A stretch of 60,220 bases of DNA, from contig CAYGCZ010000002.1 in assembly GCA_964348495.1 (NCBI GenBank), forward strand, positions 8,588-68,807. Reading direction: 5' to 3'. Made by a program: the position numbers and the translations under genes. Positions within the stretch are counted from its first letter, which is position 1. Every line of letters starts with the position of its first letter. Positions 52,718 through 60,220 of this stretch are shown here, one piece after another. Below the pieces are notes generated by a model. The model did not search any database. It had not been told where the DNA came from and saw nothing but the letters and a program-made list of their open reading frames with translations. This DNA is from an uncultured Candidatus Saccharibacteria bacterium (GTDB lineage Bacteria > Patescibacteriota > Minisyncoccia > Phycocordibacterales > UBA2135).

Positions 52718-53182
52718 ATGGACGAAAAAAACTATCTTAGCAAGGAGAAGTTCGACGAGCTGGAGAATGAGCTCGAGGAACTCAAGACCGTAAAGCGCAA
52801 AGAGGTCGCGCAGAAGCTTGAGTATGCCAAAGCCCTCGGCGATCTTTCCGAGAATGCCGAGTATCAGGAAGCGCGTGAGGCGCAAGCCGCCATTGAGGAT
52901 CGCATCTCCACCCTTGAAGCCGTACTCATGTCGGCGGTTATCGTTTCCACGCACCGCACCGATAAGGTCGGCATTGGTTCCAAAGTAACTCTCCAAAAAA
53001 AGGGCGGTAAGGCATCTGTCGTCTATGAGGTCGTCGGTTCCGAAGAATCCAACGTCGATCTGGGGAAGATCTCCAACAAGTCACCACTCGGCTTGGCGCT
53101 CATAGGCAAGGTAGAAGGAGAGGTCTTCTCGTTCAAGGCGCCGGGCGGCGAGATATCGTACACCGTGCTTACAATCGCCTAA
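52718..53182 (+). CDS. greA: Transcription elongation factor GreA
   Basis: GDLSENAEYQEAREAQ and a C-terminal ISNKSPLGLALIGK. Confidence 0.92.
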   Translation: MDEKNYLSKEKFDELENELEELKTVKRKEVAQKLEYAKALGDLSENAEYQEAREAQAAIEDRISTLEAVLMSAVIVSTHRTDKVGIGSKVTLQKKGGKASVVYEVVGSEESNVDLGKISNKSPLGLALIGKVEGEVFSFKAPGGEISYTVLTIA

Positions 53183-53191
53183 TGTTCGTAT

Positions 53192-53217
53192 GATACCCGC
53201 GCTTATACGCGGGTATC
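53192..53217 (+). terminator. Terminator hairpin after greA
   Basis: GATACCCGCG-CTTATA-CGCGGGTATC followed by a T-rich stretch. Confidence 0.65.
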
Positions 53218-53241
53218 TCTTCGTTCTTGTTCACACCACCT

Positions 53242-54720
53242 ATGGCATCATTGGAGATACTTCGAGCCGAGCGCATCAAAAAACTTGAGTTCTTGCGAGA
53301 GCGGGGCATGGATCCCTATCCTGCAGAGACCGCACGGGATCATTCTCTTGCCGAGTTCCTCGAACAGTTCGACGTGCTTAACGTGGCGCAGGCGTCATGC
53401 ACGCTCGCCGGGCGCATTCGAGCCATCCGCGGGCAAGGCGGGCTCGTCTTTTTGTCCATCGACGATGGCGAAGGATCGGTGCAGGGCATGCTCAAAAAAG
53501 AGCATATGGACGCCGCTTTGTTTGATCTGTTTACCGAGGCGGTCGACGTGGGCGATTTTGTCGCATTGACCGGCGTACCCTTCACCACCAAGCGCGGCGA
53601 GCGATCGATCCTCGCCTCCTCCTGGCACATACTCTCTAAGAGCTTGCTTCCCTTGCCCGACAAGTGGCACGGGCTTGCCGACGTGGAAGAGCGCTTCCGC
53701 AAGCGCTATCTGGATACCCTTGCTTCGCCCGAGGTGAAGGAGCGTTTTATTTCTCGGTCGCGCATCGTTTCCGCCATTCGCGCCTTTTTGGATGCGCGCG
53801 GCTATCTTGAGGTGGAGACACCCGTCCTCCAGCCGCTCTACGGCGGCGCAAGTGCCAAACCCTTCACGACGCACCACAACGCGCTTGATACCGATTTTTA
53901 TCTTCGCATCTCCGACGAGCTCTACTTGAAGCGCTTGCTCGTTGGCGGCTTCCCAAAAATCTACGAGATCGCTAAGAATTTTCGCAATGAGGGTATCGAC
54001 GTAACGCACAACCCGGAGTTCACCATGATTGAATGGTACGAGGCCTATGCCGATGCTGCCTACCAGCGAGGTCTCGTCGAGGCACTTGTCCGCCACCTTG
54101 CGGTGGATATCTTACAAACACCCGCCATTCCGCACGATGACGGTGCAATAGACATGACGGCGCCCTTTGTCGTCGTTACCTATGCCGATCTGTTTGCGCG
54201 ACATGCCGACCTGCCGGATATCGGCGCGATGGATCGTGAGGCCTTGGCCGATGCCGCGCGTGAGCGCCACGTCGGTGTTGCCGAAAGCGACGGTCGCGAA
54301 AAGATTTTGGACAATATTTACAAAAAACACTGCCGTCCCAAGCTCATCGCGCCCACGTTCATCATAGACTACCCCTCGGCAATGTTGCCGCTCGCCAAGA
54401 AGAAGGCGGGGGAGGCGGGAGTGGTGGATGCCTTTCAGCTGGTTGTCGGCGGGGTTGAGCTCGTCAAAGCATTCTCCGAACTCAACGATCCGCTTGATCA
54501 GCGTGCGCGATTCGAGGCGCAAATGAAGATGGCGAAAGCGGGCGATGACGAAGCTCAGCAATTGGACGAGGAGTATCTAACCGCGATGGAACACGGCATG
54601 CCGCCCGCAGGCGGCGTCGGTATCGGCATTGATCGCCTCGTCATGCTTCTCACCAACACCAAAAACATCCGCGAGGTCATCCTCTTCCCCACCTTGCGGC
54701 CAAAGGGCAATCTCTCATAA
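53242..54720 (+). CDS. lysS: Lysine--tRNA ligase (class II)
   Basis: An OB anticodon-binding N-terminal domain, motifs FRNEG and GGVGIGIDRLVMLLT. Confidence 0.93.
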   Translation: MASLEILRAERIKKLEFLRERGMDPYPAETARDHSLAEFLEQFDVLNVAQASCTLAGRIRAIRGQGGLVFLSIDDGEGSVQGMLKKEHMDAALFDLFTEAVDVGDFVALTGVPFTTKRGERSILASSWHILSKSLLPLPDKWHGLADVEERFRKRYLDTLASPEVKERFISRSRIVSAIRAFLDARGYLEVETPVLQPLYGGASAKPFTTHHNALDTDFYLRISDELYLKRLLVGGFPKIYEIAKNFRNEGIDVTHNPEFTMIEWYEAYADAAYQRGLVEALVRHLAVDILQTPAIPHDDGAIDMTAPFVVVTYADLFARHADLPDIGAMDREALADAARERHVGVAESDGREKILDNIYKKHCRPKLIAPTFIIDYPSAMLPLAKKKAGEAGVVDAFQLVVGGVELVKAFSELNDPLDQRARFEAQMKMAKAGDDEAQQLDEEYLTAMEHGMPPAGGVGIGIDRLVMLLTNTKNIREVILFPTLRPKGNLS

Positions 54721-54750
54721 TCGCGGGTTGTGCTCTGTATCGCCCCGGCG

Positions 54751-54756
54751 TATACT
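54751..54756 (+). promoter_or_regulatory. -10 box (TATACT), 7 nt from ATG 54764
   Basis: Sequence match and spacing. Confidence 0.45.
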
Positions 54757-54763
54757 GGTGAGT

Positions 54764-55150
54764 ATGATAACCGATAAAGATGTCGAGAAACTTAAAGAGG
54801 TCTTTGTTACAAAAGATGAATTTCATGAAGCCATTGATCGTCTCAGCAATGATTTCTCAAATCTTAAACATGATGTTTCAAATCTTAAACATGATGTTTC
54901 AAATCTTAAACATGATGTTTCAGAGCTTAAACATGATGTTTCAGAGCTTAAACATGATGTTTCAAATATTAAAGAATCGTTGAGTGGACTTACTGAACTT
55001 GTTCAAGGTATCGCCGTCGCCGTAGACAAATCCGCCCGCGCGGAAGACGAACGGCGAATGGAAATGGCTGCCTTTTATGGCAAAAGTAAGCGGCACGAAG
55101 AATGGATAGTTATGGCCGCACCCAAGGTTGGTGTTCCGTTTGAGGTGTAA
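54764..55150 (+). CDS. Small coiled-coil protein with five to six tandem heptads (NLKHDVS)
   Basis: The ATG lies 7 nt after TATACT. A 21-nt tandem repeat spans 54857..54975, and a strong terminator lies at 55170..55201. The architecture resembles ORFs 4071 and 5444 (MI.D.. N-terminus, TKDE(F/L), repeat core). Confidence 0.65.
   Translation: MITDKDVEKLKEVFVTKDEFHEAIDRLSNDFSNLKHDVSNLKHDVSNLKHDVSELKHDVSELKHDVSNIKESLSGLTELVQGIAVAVDKSARAEDERRMEMAAFYGKSKRHEEWIVMAAPKVGVPFEV
54857..54975 (+). repeat. In-frame 21-nt tandem repeat (TCAAATCTTAAACATGATGTT), five full copies plus a degenerate sixth
   Basis: Copies at 54857, 54878 and 54899 are identical. Copies at 54920 and 54941 carry the GAG variant. 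A partial copy starts at 54962. Confidence 0.95.
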
Positions 55151-55169
55151 CCCATCCAGACATTAAGAC

Positions 55170-55201
55170 AAAAGCCCGAAGCTATGCTTCGGGCTTTTTT
55201 T
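55170..55201 (+). terminator. Intrinsic terminator after ORF 54764
   Basis: AAAAGCCCGAAGC-TAT-GCTTCGGGCTTTTTTT. Confidence 0.85.
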
Positions 55202-55222
55202 GTGTGGATAACCGGGTATGCC

Positions 55223-55280
55223 AAGTGGGAGAAAGTGGAGTATACTATTAGGTAAGTGGGAGAAAGTGGAAAAAGTAAGG
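55223..55280 (+). promoter_or_regulatory. Putative mraZ promoter with MraZ operator repeats
   Basis: A 17-nt perfect direct repeat AAGTGGGAGAAAGTGGA at 55223..55239 and 55254..55270 flanks TATACT (55241..55246). AGTGG sub-boxes recur about every 10 nt, with a degenerate AAAGTAAG at 55272. Confidence 0.6.
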
Positions 55281-55300
55281 AAAACCCACGAAGTATCATC

Positions 55301-55735
55301 ATGCTTATCGGCGAATACCGACACACCGTAGACGCCAAAAAACGCCTTTCTCTGCCGGCGAAATTTCGCAAGGAGATGGGCGAGAGTATGGTGATGACGC
55401 GCGGTTTTGACAATTGCGTCTACATCTACCCGCTCGCCGAGTGGGAGAAGGTGACGGAAAAGCTCCGCGGTCTCTCCATGGGACAGGCCGACACGCGTGG
55501 CTTTGCACGCTTCATGCTCTCGGGGGCGTCGGATGTCTCGCTCGACGCTCTCGGGCGCATTCTGATCCCCGACTTTTTGAAGGAGTTTGCCAAGCTTGCC
55601 ACCAAGGTCGTCGTCGTCGGTATCAATGATCACGTCGAGATTTGGGACGAAGCCATGTGGGATACCTACAAAAAACGCATCGAGTCGCAGGCCGATGCGA
55701 TGGCGGAGAAGCTTGGAGAAGTTGGTGTCATCTAA
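55301..55735 (+). CDS. mraZ: Transcriptional regulator MraZ
   Basis: MLIGEYRHTVDAKKRLSLPAKFR plus a second SpoVT/AbrB-like repeat (DALGRILIP). Confidence 0.92.
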   Translation: MLIGEYRHTVDAKKRLSLPAKFRKEMGESMVMTRGFDNCVYIYPLAEWEKVTEKLRGLSMGQADTRGFARFMLSGASDVSLDALGRILIPDFLKEFAKLATKVVVVGINDHVEIWDEAMWDTYKKRIESQADAMAEKLGEVGVI

Positions 55736-55738
55736 GAT

Positions 55739-56632
55739 ATGCATACGACAGTTTTGCTGCATGAAACGATAGATGGTTTGGCACTCGCAGAAGGCGATGT
55801 CGTCTTCGATCTCACCCTCGGTGACGGAGGCCATGCGGCGGCGGCATGCCGTGCGGTGGGTGCCTCCGGTACGGTCGTCGGCATCGATGCGGACGAGGCG
55901 GCCATCCGACGCGCAACCCAAAAACTCTCCGCCGAGCCGTGCCGTTTCCTCTCTGCACGTGAGAACTTCAGAAACATCGACGAGGTGGCGCGCCAGCATA
56001 AGGTCGGTGCGATCAACAAGATCATTATGGATTTGGGGTTGCGGACGGGACACCTTGAAGAGTCGGGTAGGGGATTTTCATTCAAGAAGGACGAACCCTT
56101 GCTGATGACCTTTGATTCTGCTCCGGGGGAAGGAGTGCTCACTGCCTACGAGGTGGTCAATACCTGGAGCGAGCAGGACCTAACCGATATCATCCGCGAG
56201 TACGGCGAGGAGCGATTCGCCCGACCTATCGCGCAGGCGATCGTCGCCGAGCGGGGGAAGAAGCGCGTCGGCACGACGGCCCATCTCGCCGAGATCGTCG
56301 AAAGCGCGGTGCCGGCATGGTATCGCCGAGCGCGCTTGCATCCCGCGACCAAGACTTTTCAGGCGATCCGCATGGCGGTCAACGACGAGCTTCCCGCTCT
56401 GCAGGAGGCACTTGAGAAAGGGGTCGCACTCTTGGCACGAGAGGGGCGCATCGCGGTTATCAGTTTTCACAGCTTGGAAGATCGCGTCGTAAAGAATTTT
56501 TTTAGAACACAAGAAAAAGAGGGCGGCTATCGGCAGATCACCAAGAAACCGATCGTACCCTCCCGCGGCGAGGTGGCGCGAAATCCTCGCTCGCGCAGCG
56601 CCAAATTGCGCATTTTAGAGAAAGAGAAGTAG
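55739..56632 (+). CDS. rsmH: 16S rRNA (cytosine1402-N4)-methyltransferase
   Basis: HTTVLLHETIDGL, DLTLGDGGH, ISFHSLEDR.VK. Confidence 0.93.
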   Translation: MHTTVLLHETIDGLALAEGDVVFDLTLGDGGHAAAACRAVGASGTVVGIDADEAAIRRATQKLSAEPCRFLSARENFRNIDEVARQHKVGAINKIIMDLGLRTGHLEESGRGFSFKKDEPLLMTFDSAPGEGVLTAYEVVNTWSEQDLTDIIREYGEERFARPIAQAIVAERGKKRVGTTAHLAEIVESAVPAWYRRARLHPATKTFQAIRMAVNDELPALQEALEKGVALLAREGRIAVISFHSLEDRVVKNFFRTQEKEGGYRQITKKPIVPSRGEVARNPRSRSAKLRILEKEK

Positions 56633-56652
56633 CGAGTAAACATCCAGTATCT

Positions 56653-56970
56653 ATGAACACAACCACACTGACATTACGGAACTACTGTTCAGAAAAGACC
56701 TTGGTTATGGGTTTGTTTGCCGCGCTTGGTATCTGCTTTCTCATCTATGGATATTTTGTAAATGCAACGATCGTCAACATCGTTGAGCGTCAGACGGGAG
56801 AACGCATCGAGGGTGAGCTCACCGCCGCTATCGGCGATCTTGAGGCGAGGTATGCGCGGCTCCGCACCGACATGACCTACGAACGAGCGCAGGCACTCGG
56901 TTTTTCCGAGCCGCCGAACCGAACCTTTGTTTCAGTGGGCGGTTTTGAAAGCGTCTCGGCGGCCTTTTAG
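56653..56970 (+). CDS. FtsL-like small bitopic membrane protein
   Basis: Positioned between rsmH and ftsI, with one transmembrane helix followed by a short coiled coil. Confidence 0.5.
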   Translation: MNTTTLTLRNYCSEKTLVMGLFAALGICFLIYGYFVNATIVNIVERQTGERIEGELTAAIGDLEARYARLRTDMTYERAQALGFSEPPNRTFVSVGGFESVSAAF

Positions 56971-56986
56971 GATTGCTGATTTGTTT

Positions 56987-56995
56987 TGGTATACT
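56987..56995 (+). promoter_or_regulatory. Extended -10 (TGGTATACT) upstream of ftsI
   Basis: Sequence match, 41 nt from ATG 57037. Confidence 0.35.
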
Positions 56996-57036
56996 ATCTC
57001 TATAGTCCCCGCCGTGCGTTCGGGGTTGTGCGCATC

Positions 57037-58749
57037 ATGGGCGATCTGTTTACTTTCCGATTATATGTCCTCTGCGCCTTCGTGATCGGAGGTGCTTTCG
57101 TCTTGGGGGGTAAGCTTGCGCTGGTACAGGTCGTACACGGTTCAGCGTTGAGCGAGCGTGCTGATCGTCAGTACAGTGCCCCCTCTCTCAACGTCTTCGA
57201 TCGGGGGAATATCTTTTTTACGGGACGCGATGGCACGCTCGTATCGGCGGCAACTCTCAAGACCGGCTACTTCGTCGCGCTTCAGCCGGCATTGATACAA
57301 GACACGCATGCAACCTTTGCCGCCTTGAAGCGCATCATCCCGGAGTTGGATGAGCAGGCATTCCTCCTTCGTGCCGGAAAAAAAGACGACCCGTACGAAG
57401 AGATAGCGCGCCGTCTCACCAAAGAAGATGCCGATGCTGTTATCGCCCTTGCGACCCCGGGCGTTCGAGTTTATAAGGAAAAATGGCGCGTCTATCCGTA
57501 TGGTACGCTCGCCGCGCATACGATCGGTTTTGTCGGCTATCGGGACGACACCTACGGAGGGCGCTATGGTATTGAGCGGTATTACGACGACGTACTCTCA
57601 CGCACGGGCGAGGGGGCATATGTAAACTTTTTTGCTGAAGTCTTCGCCAATATCGAGCGGTCGTTCTTTTATGAGAATTCTCGGGAGGGAGATGTTGCAC
57701 TGACCATCGAGCCGGAGGTGGAGCGTATGCTTGAGGAACGATTGGACGGCATCATGGCAAAGTATCGGGCAGATCTCGCGGGAGGAATCGTTATCGATCC
57801 GCATACCGGTGCCATTCGTGCTATGGGTGTGCGTCCGACCTTCGACCCCAACACCTTCTCGAGCGAGAATGATTATGGCGTCTTCCTCAATCCTCTCGTG
57901 GAAAGTGTCTTTGAAATGGGGTCGATCGTCAAACCGCTCACGGTTGCGGCTGGTATTGATACAGGCGTCATTACCCCCGAGACGACCTATACCGACAAAG
58001 GGTACATCGTTTTGAATGGTGCACGCATCAATAATTACGACGGCAAGGCACGCGGTATCGTTACGATGCAAGAGGTGCTCAATCAGTCGCTCAACACAGG
58101 TGTCGTCTTCATCCAACAAAAGGTGGGCAATGAACGATTCGCCCGTTATTTCACCGAATTGGGTTTCGGAGAAGAGACGGGCATCGATCTTCCCGCCGAG
58201 GAGCCGGGGCTTATCACCAACCTTACCAGCACGCGCGATGTGGAATATGCGACCGCTTCATTCGGTCAGGGTATCGCCATGACGCCTATTGAAATCACAA
58301 GGGCACTCTCCACACTCGCCAACAAGGGTGTTGCGGTAACACCTCATGTGGGCGACCATGTCGCCTACTCTCTCGGTCGCGATCATGCAATAACCTACGG
58401 CGGCGAAAAGCGTATTTTTCAGGAAAAAAGCGTCGAAGAGGTTACGCGTATGCTCGTGAAGGTGGTAGACACGGCACTTGCCAACGGAGCGGTGAAGAAC
58501 GAACACTATACCATCGCCGCAAAGACAGGTACCGCACAGATGGCGCGCGAAGATGGAAAGGGGTATTATGACGACCAATACCTCCACTCGTTCTTCGGTT
58601 ATTTTCCCGCCTATGAGCCAAAGTTCTTGATCTTTTTCTTCATCGTCAACCCTAAGGAGGTGCAGTATGCTTCACAAACACTCGCCACACCCTTTTCGGA
58701 GATGGTTCGATTTTTGATCAATTATTATGAGATACCGCCCGATAGATAA
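57037..58749 (+). CDS. ftsI: Penicillin-binding protein (FtsI-type class B transpeptidase)
   Basis: Its position in the dcw cluster, a transmembrane anchor, GSIVKP (SxxK), SLN (SxN) and KTGTA. Confidence 0.88.
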   Translation: MGDLFTFRLYVLCAFVIGGAFVLGGKLALVQVVHGSALSERADRQYSAPSLNVFDRGNIFFTGRDGTLVSAATLKTGYFVALQPALIQDTHATFAALKRIIPELDEQAFLLRAGKKDDPYEEIARRLTKEDADAVIALATPGVRVYKEKWRVYPYGTLAAHTIGFVGYRDDTYGGRYGIERYYDDVLSRTGEGAYVNFFAEVFANIERSFFYENSREGDVALTIEPEVERMLEERLDGIMAKYRADLAGGIVIDPHTGAIRAMGVRPTFDPNTFSSENDYGVFLNPLVESVFEMGSIVKPLTVAAGIDTGVITPETTYTDKGYIVLNGARINNYDGKARGIVTMQEVLNQSLNTGVVFIQQKVGNERFARYFTELGFGEETGIDLPAEEPGLITNLTSTRDVEYATASFGQGIAMTPIEITRALSTLANKGVAVTPHVGDHVAYSLGRDHAITYGGEKRIFQEKSVEEVTRMLVKVVDTALANGAVKNEHYTIAAKTGTAQMAREDGKGYYDDQYLHSFFGYFPAYEPKFLIFFFIVNPKEVQYASQTLATPFSEMVRFLINYYEIPPDR

Positions 58750-58761
58750 TACAGTTCATTC

Positions 58762-60063
58762 ATGGTAAAACAAATTCTAAAATCCATCGTCGTTTTCATC
58801 CTCACTCTTGAGGCGCGTATCGTTCTGTGGAAGTATCGGCCCACGATCATCGCCGTTACGGGCAGTGTGGGCAAGACTACGGTCAAAGATGCGATTGTGT
58901 TTGCCTTGTCCAAATCTTTTTTTGTACGAGGAAGTGCCAAGAGTTTCAACAGCGAGTTGGGCGTGCCACTTACCGTGCTCGGCTGTGAGAGCGGAGGATG
59001 GGAGAGTGTGCGAGCATGGCTCTCCATCATTGGAGAAGGGCTGGCACTCATTGCTTTTCAGAACCATTATCCGAAGGTGCTTGTGGTTGAAGTAGGTACC
59101 GACAAACCCGGCGATATCGCTCGCATCACAAGATGGCTCAAGCCGAATGTTGCGGTGGTAACGCGCGTTGGCGATGTTCCCGTGCATGTCGAGTTCTTCT
59201 CTTCTCGCTCAGAGCTCATCGCCGAGAAGGGCAACATCGTCGGAGCTCTTAAAGCAAACGGTATCGCGGTATTGAGTGCCGATGATCCCGATGTCATCTC
59301 AATGCGCACGAGAGCTCCGTATGCCAAAATCTTTACCTACAGCATGACAGGGTCGGCGGATGTGACGGGGAGTGATGCGGATCTGTTCTACAGCAAAGAA
59401 GGTGTTCCGATGGGTGTCGAGTGTGTCGCGACCTACGCCGGTGAGAATGCTCCGCTTATCATCAAAGGGACGGCGAATTTTTCCGCTCTGCATGGCGCGT
59501 TGGCGGCGTGTGCTGTTGCAATCGTACTCGGTGCGCCCTTTCAAGAGACGGTGCGCGCTTTTGAGTCGTTTACAGTTCCCAAAGGTCGCTCGCGTCTCAT
59601 CGAGGGTATCCGTGGGTCGATTATTATAGACGACACTTACAATGCATCGCCCGCGGCAGTCGCCGCCGCCTTGGATGCCTTGGGGCGTATTGATACCGGA
59701 GGAAGAAAGATCGCCATTCTCGGCGATATGCTTGAACTTGGCAAACATAGCGTTGAGGCGCACAAAAAGATGGGTGTGCATGCTTCCGAGGTCGCCGATA
59801 TTCTTATTACCGTCGGGCTTCGTTCCGAGGTTGCGGGAGCCGAGGCGGAGCTCTGCGGTATGTACAAAGAGGATGTACATCACTTTACCGACTCCGTCGC
59901 GGCGGGAGAGTTCTTGAAGATGGTCGTCAAAGATCACGATGTCGTCTTGGTCAAAGGTTCCCAGCGCGTTCGCATGGAGCGCATCGTCGAGCGGATCATG
60001 GCTCATCCTGAACAAAAGCACAATCTCCTTGTACGACAAGAGGAGGCGTGGCAAGATCGTTAG
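58762..60063 (+). CDS. murF: UDP-N-acetylmuramoyl-tripeptide--D-alanyl-D-alanine ligase
   Basis: VTGSVGKTT P-loop and a Mur ligase C-terminal domain with DDTYNASP. Confidence 0.85.
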   Translation: MVKQILKSIVVFILTLEARIVLWKYRPTIIAVTGSVGKTTVKDAIVFALSKSFFVRGSAKSFNSELGVPLTVLGCESGGWESVRAWLSIIGEGLALIAFQNHYPKVLVVEVGTDKPGDIARITRWLKPNVAVVTRVGDVPVHVEFFSSRSELIAEKGNIVGALKANGIAVLSADDPDVISMRTRAPYAKIFTYSMTGSADVTGSDADLFYSKEGVPMGVECVATYAGENAPLIIKGTANFSALHGALAACAVAIVLGAPFQETVRAFESFTVPKGRSRLIEGIRGSIIIDDTYNASPAAVAAALDALGRIDTGGRKIAILGDMLELGKHSVEAHKKMGVHASEVADILITVGLRSEVAGAEAELCGMYKEDVHHFTDSVAAGEFLKMVVKDHDVVLVKGSQRVRMERIVERIMAHPEQKHNLLVRQEEAWQDR

Positions 60064-60165
60064 AATGTAGAATAGGGAATATAGCCGCGAGCACGGCTTG
60101 CGCAACGACAAACGCGACCGCCTATGGCGGTCGCGTTTGTTCTACATTTCATATTCTACATTCTA
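60061..60165 (+). repeat. REP/MITE-like element copy C: two inverted TAGAATGTAGAATA motifs flanking a perfect 15-bp hairpin
   Basis: The left arm at 60061..60074 overlaps the murF stop codon, and the right arm at 60152..60165 is its exact reverse complement. The central hairpin ACAAACGCGACCGCC-TAT-GGCGGTCGCGTTTGT spans 60108..60140. Confidence 0.8.
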
Positions 60166-60220
60166 GAGTTAAGTAAGATTTCGTGGAGGTTTTCACCCCC
60201 GTTTTGACGCAAGAAAATAC

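Noticed and set aside
54857-54975. CRISPR-like array
   Set aside because: The 21-nt units are directly abutting with no spacers. They lie in frame inside a coding sequence and encode heptads. No cas genes are present.
56971-58761. Missing murE between ftsI and murF as evidence of a deletion or pseudogene
   Set aside because: ftsI ends at 58749 and murF starts at 58762, with no remnant ORF or frameshift. murE is probably encoded elsewhere, so I note this only as a gene-order variant.
1-60220. tRNA, rRNA, tmRNA, RNase P and SRP RNA genes, transposases or integrases, and alternative genetic codes
   Set aside because: Visual scanning of all intergenic regions longer than 80 nt found no T-loop (GGTTCGAATCC-like) or other hallmark motifs, and no transposase-like ORFs. 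All three stop codons terminate well-conserved proteins at the expected lengths, so there is no sign of UGA recoding. A covariance-model scan would be needed to exclude small RNAs formally.

Overview
Gene-dense bacterial chromosomal segment using the standard genetic code (TGA, TAA and TAG all act as stops). It is GC-rich overall, with several visibly AT-richer islets. I call about 67 protein genes, almost all on the + strand. Reading by eye I found no tRNA, rRNA, CRISPR array or transposase. Layout: (1) 174-5746 is a glycan cluster with three GH130 genes carrying four GH130 domains, a eukaryotic-type phosphomannomutase-like HAD protein, and two paralogous small coiled-coil genes. (2) 5769-16566 is an envelope/redox block: uppP, msrA, msrB, DUF1761, NUDIX-like, DoxX, two methyltransferases, two orphan genes, then a tight four-gene unit of FAD-linked oxidase, thioredoxin-like CxxC protein, DsbB and an alternative-oxidase-like diiron protein. 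(3) 16651-21551 holds a PAS histidine kinase and a MacA/MacB-like ABC efflux trio. (4) Housekeeping genes follow: rplY, a secreted coiled-coil lytic transglycosylase, rpmE, prfA, infA-rpmJ-rpsM-rpsK-rpsD-rpoA-rplQ, rplM-rpsI, thrS(-), dnaE(-), rnhB, rpmF, a nusB-NUDIX fusion, rnc, a short smc, frr, rseP, a receiver-only response regulator and proS. (5) mreB-mreC-mreD-mrdA, greA and lysS. (6) The start of the dcw cluster, mraZ-rsmH-ftsL-like-ftsI-murF, with no murE between ftsI and murF. Several proteins are domain-minimised: ThrRS lacks the TGS domain, ProRS lacks the INS domain, and SMC, L13 and RF1 are short. This resembles reduced-genome (CPR/Patescibacteria-like) bacteria, but taxonomy cannot be established from this window. 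The most interesting observations: the FAD-oxidase/Trx/DsbB/AOX operon as a possible minimal quinone-to-O2 redox loop; a family of conserved AGAATGTAGAAT motifs followed by perfect GC-rich hairpins just after three stop codons; a low-GC GH130 gene bracketed by coiled-coil paralogs that share a 122/123-identical 3' block; a 21-nt in-frame tandem repeat in a third coiled-coil gene; a NusB-NUDIX fusion; a 38-bp perfect palindrome in the thrS upstream region; and many TGnTATACT -10 boxes only 6-8 nt from the start codon, which suggests leaderless mRNAs. All functional calls come from motif recognition by eye. No database search was run.
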